Below are positions 25,863 to 26,292 of a stretch of 26,292 nucleotides of DNA, piece after piece; the stretch's first letter is position 1, and each line of letters opens with the position of its first letter. The DNA comes from Dehalococcoidia bacterium (lineage in GTDB: Bacteria > Chloroflexota > Dehalococcoidia > Lucifugimonadales > UBA3495): the NCBI GenBank assembly GCA_030740155.1, contig JASLXV010000103.1, positions 1-26,292 of the forward strand, read 5' to 3'. The position numbers were made by a program, and so were the translations under genes. The notes below the pieces were generated by a model that worked only from the letters and a program-made list of their open reading frames with translations, did no database searches and was not told the origin of the DNA.

Positions 25863-25892
25863 ACTCGGCGACATTGGTTGATAAAGAACCAC

Positions 25893-25969
25893 GGCGACGT
25901 AGCCAAGTGGACTAAGGCGGAGGTCTGCAAAACCTCTATTCGGCGGTTCGAATCCGCCCGTCGCCTCCA
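25893..25969 (+). tRNA. tRNA-Cys (GCA)
   Basis: GGCGACG/CGTCGCC acceptor, GAGGT-CTGCAAA-ACCTC anticodon arm, GGTTCGAATCC, T discriminator, CCA. Confidence 0.97.
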
Positions 25970-26204
25970 ATCAATCTCGCCACTCCGGAGCGGCACGGCT
26001 CCTCCCTCCAACGGCCGGGTCCGCCTGGCTTCGGCTCGGCGCCAGCCAGGACCGCGCCGTCCCGCACCGCTCCTCCAATCCGGCCCCGCGGCCCGAGGGC
26101 TCGGCAGCCCTCGAGCCCGCGCACGGCGGGGTTTCCACCGCAAGGGCGAAACAGTCTCCACTACCTTTCTCCTGCGCTCACTCGGGAATACCATAGGTCC
26201 ACCT

Positions 26205-26290
26205 GCCGGGGTGGCGGAACGGTAGACGCGGCGGACTTAAAATCCGCTACCTTAACGGGTGTGTGGGTTCGACTCCCACCTCCGGCACCA
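26205..26290 (+). tRNA. tRNA-Leu (TAA)
   Basis: GCCGGGG/CTCCGGC acceptor, GCGGA-CTTAAAA-TCCGC anticodon arm, long variable arm, GGTTCGACTCC, CCA. Confidence 0.97.
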
Positions 26291-26292
26291 AC

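Noticed and set aside
25425..25970. 181-aa minus-strand ORF (MEATGGFEPP...)
   Set aside because: Translation of the reverse complement of two tRNA genes.
25776..26290. tRNA cluster as an integration site or source of tRNA-Sec
   Set aside because: No duplicated tRNA 3' end or integrase in the window, and none of the tRNAs has a TCA anticodon.

Overview
GC-rich bacterial chromosomal segment. Gene content (F420-type LLM oxidoreductase, tandem MaoC-like dehydratases, two isocitrate lyase/PEP-mutase-family genes, acyl-CoA dehydrogenase, GYD protein) resembles Chloroflexota, Dehalococcoidia/SAR202-like; this is inference, not a database result. Left to right: a lower-GC block with three SAM methyltransferases around a lone panD; argG, GNAT and aminotransferase; acyl-CoA dehydrogenase, HIT and yqeK; a 106-codon ORF missing from the ORF track that has an in-frame TGA followed by a SECIS-like hairpin (probable selenoprotein); comB-family phosphatase and orphan hicB; FAD oxidoreductase and MDMPI protein; mnmA-rnhB-yraN; a four-gene zinc-ribbon/membrane protein cluster (DUF4234-like, CD225/dispanin, DUF2752, frameshifted zinc-ribbon-RDD); LLM, two ICL/PEPM paralogs and GYD; DUF2007-like; two hotdog dehydratases; tRNA-Leu(GAG), tRNA-Cys(GCA), tRNA-Leu(TAA). 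Several unrelated REP-like palindromes occur, one read in frame in the mnmA C-terminus. No CRISPR array, transposase or integrase was seen.
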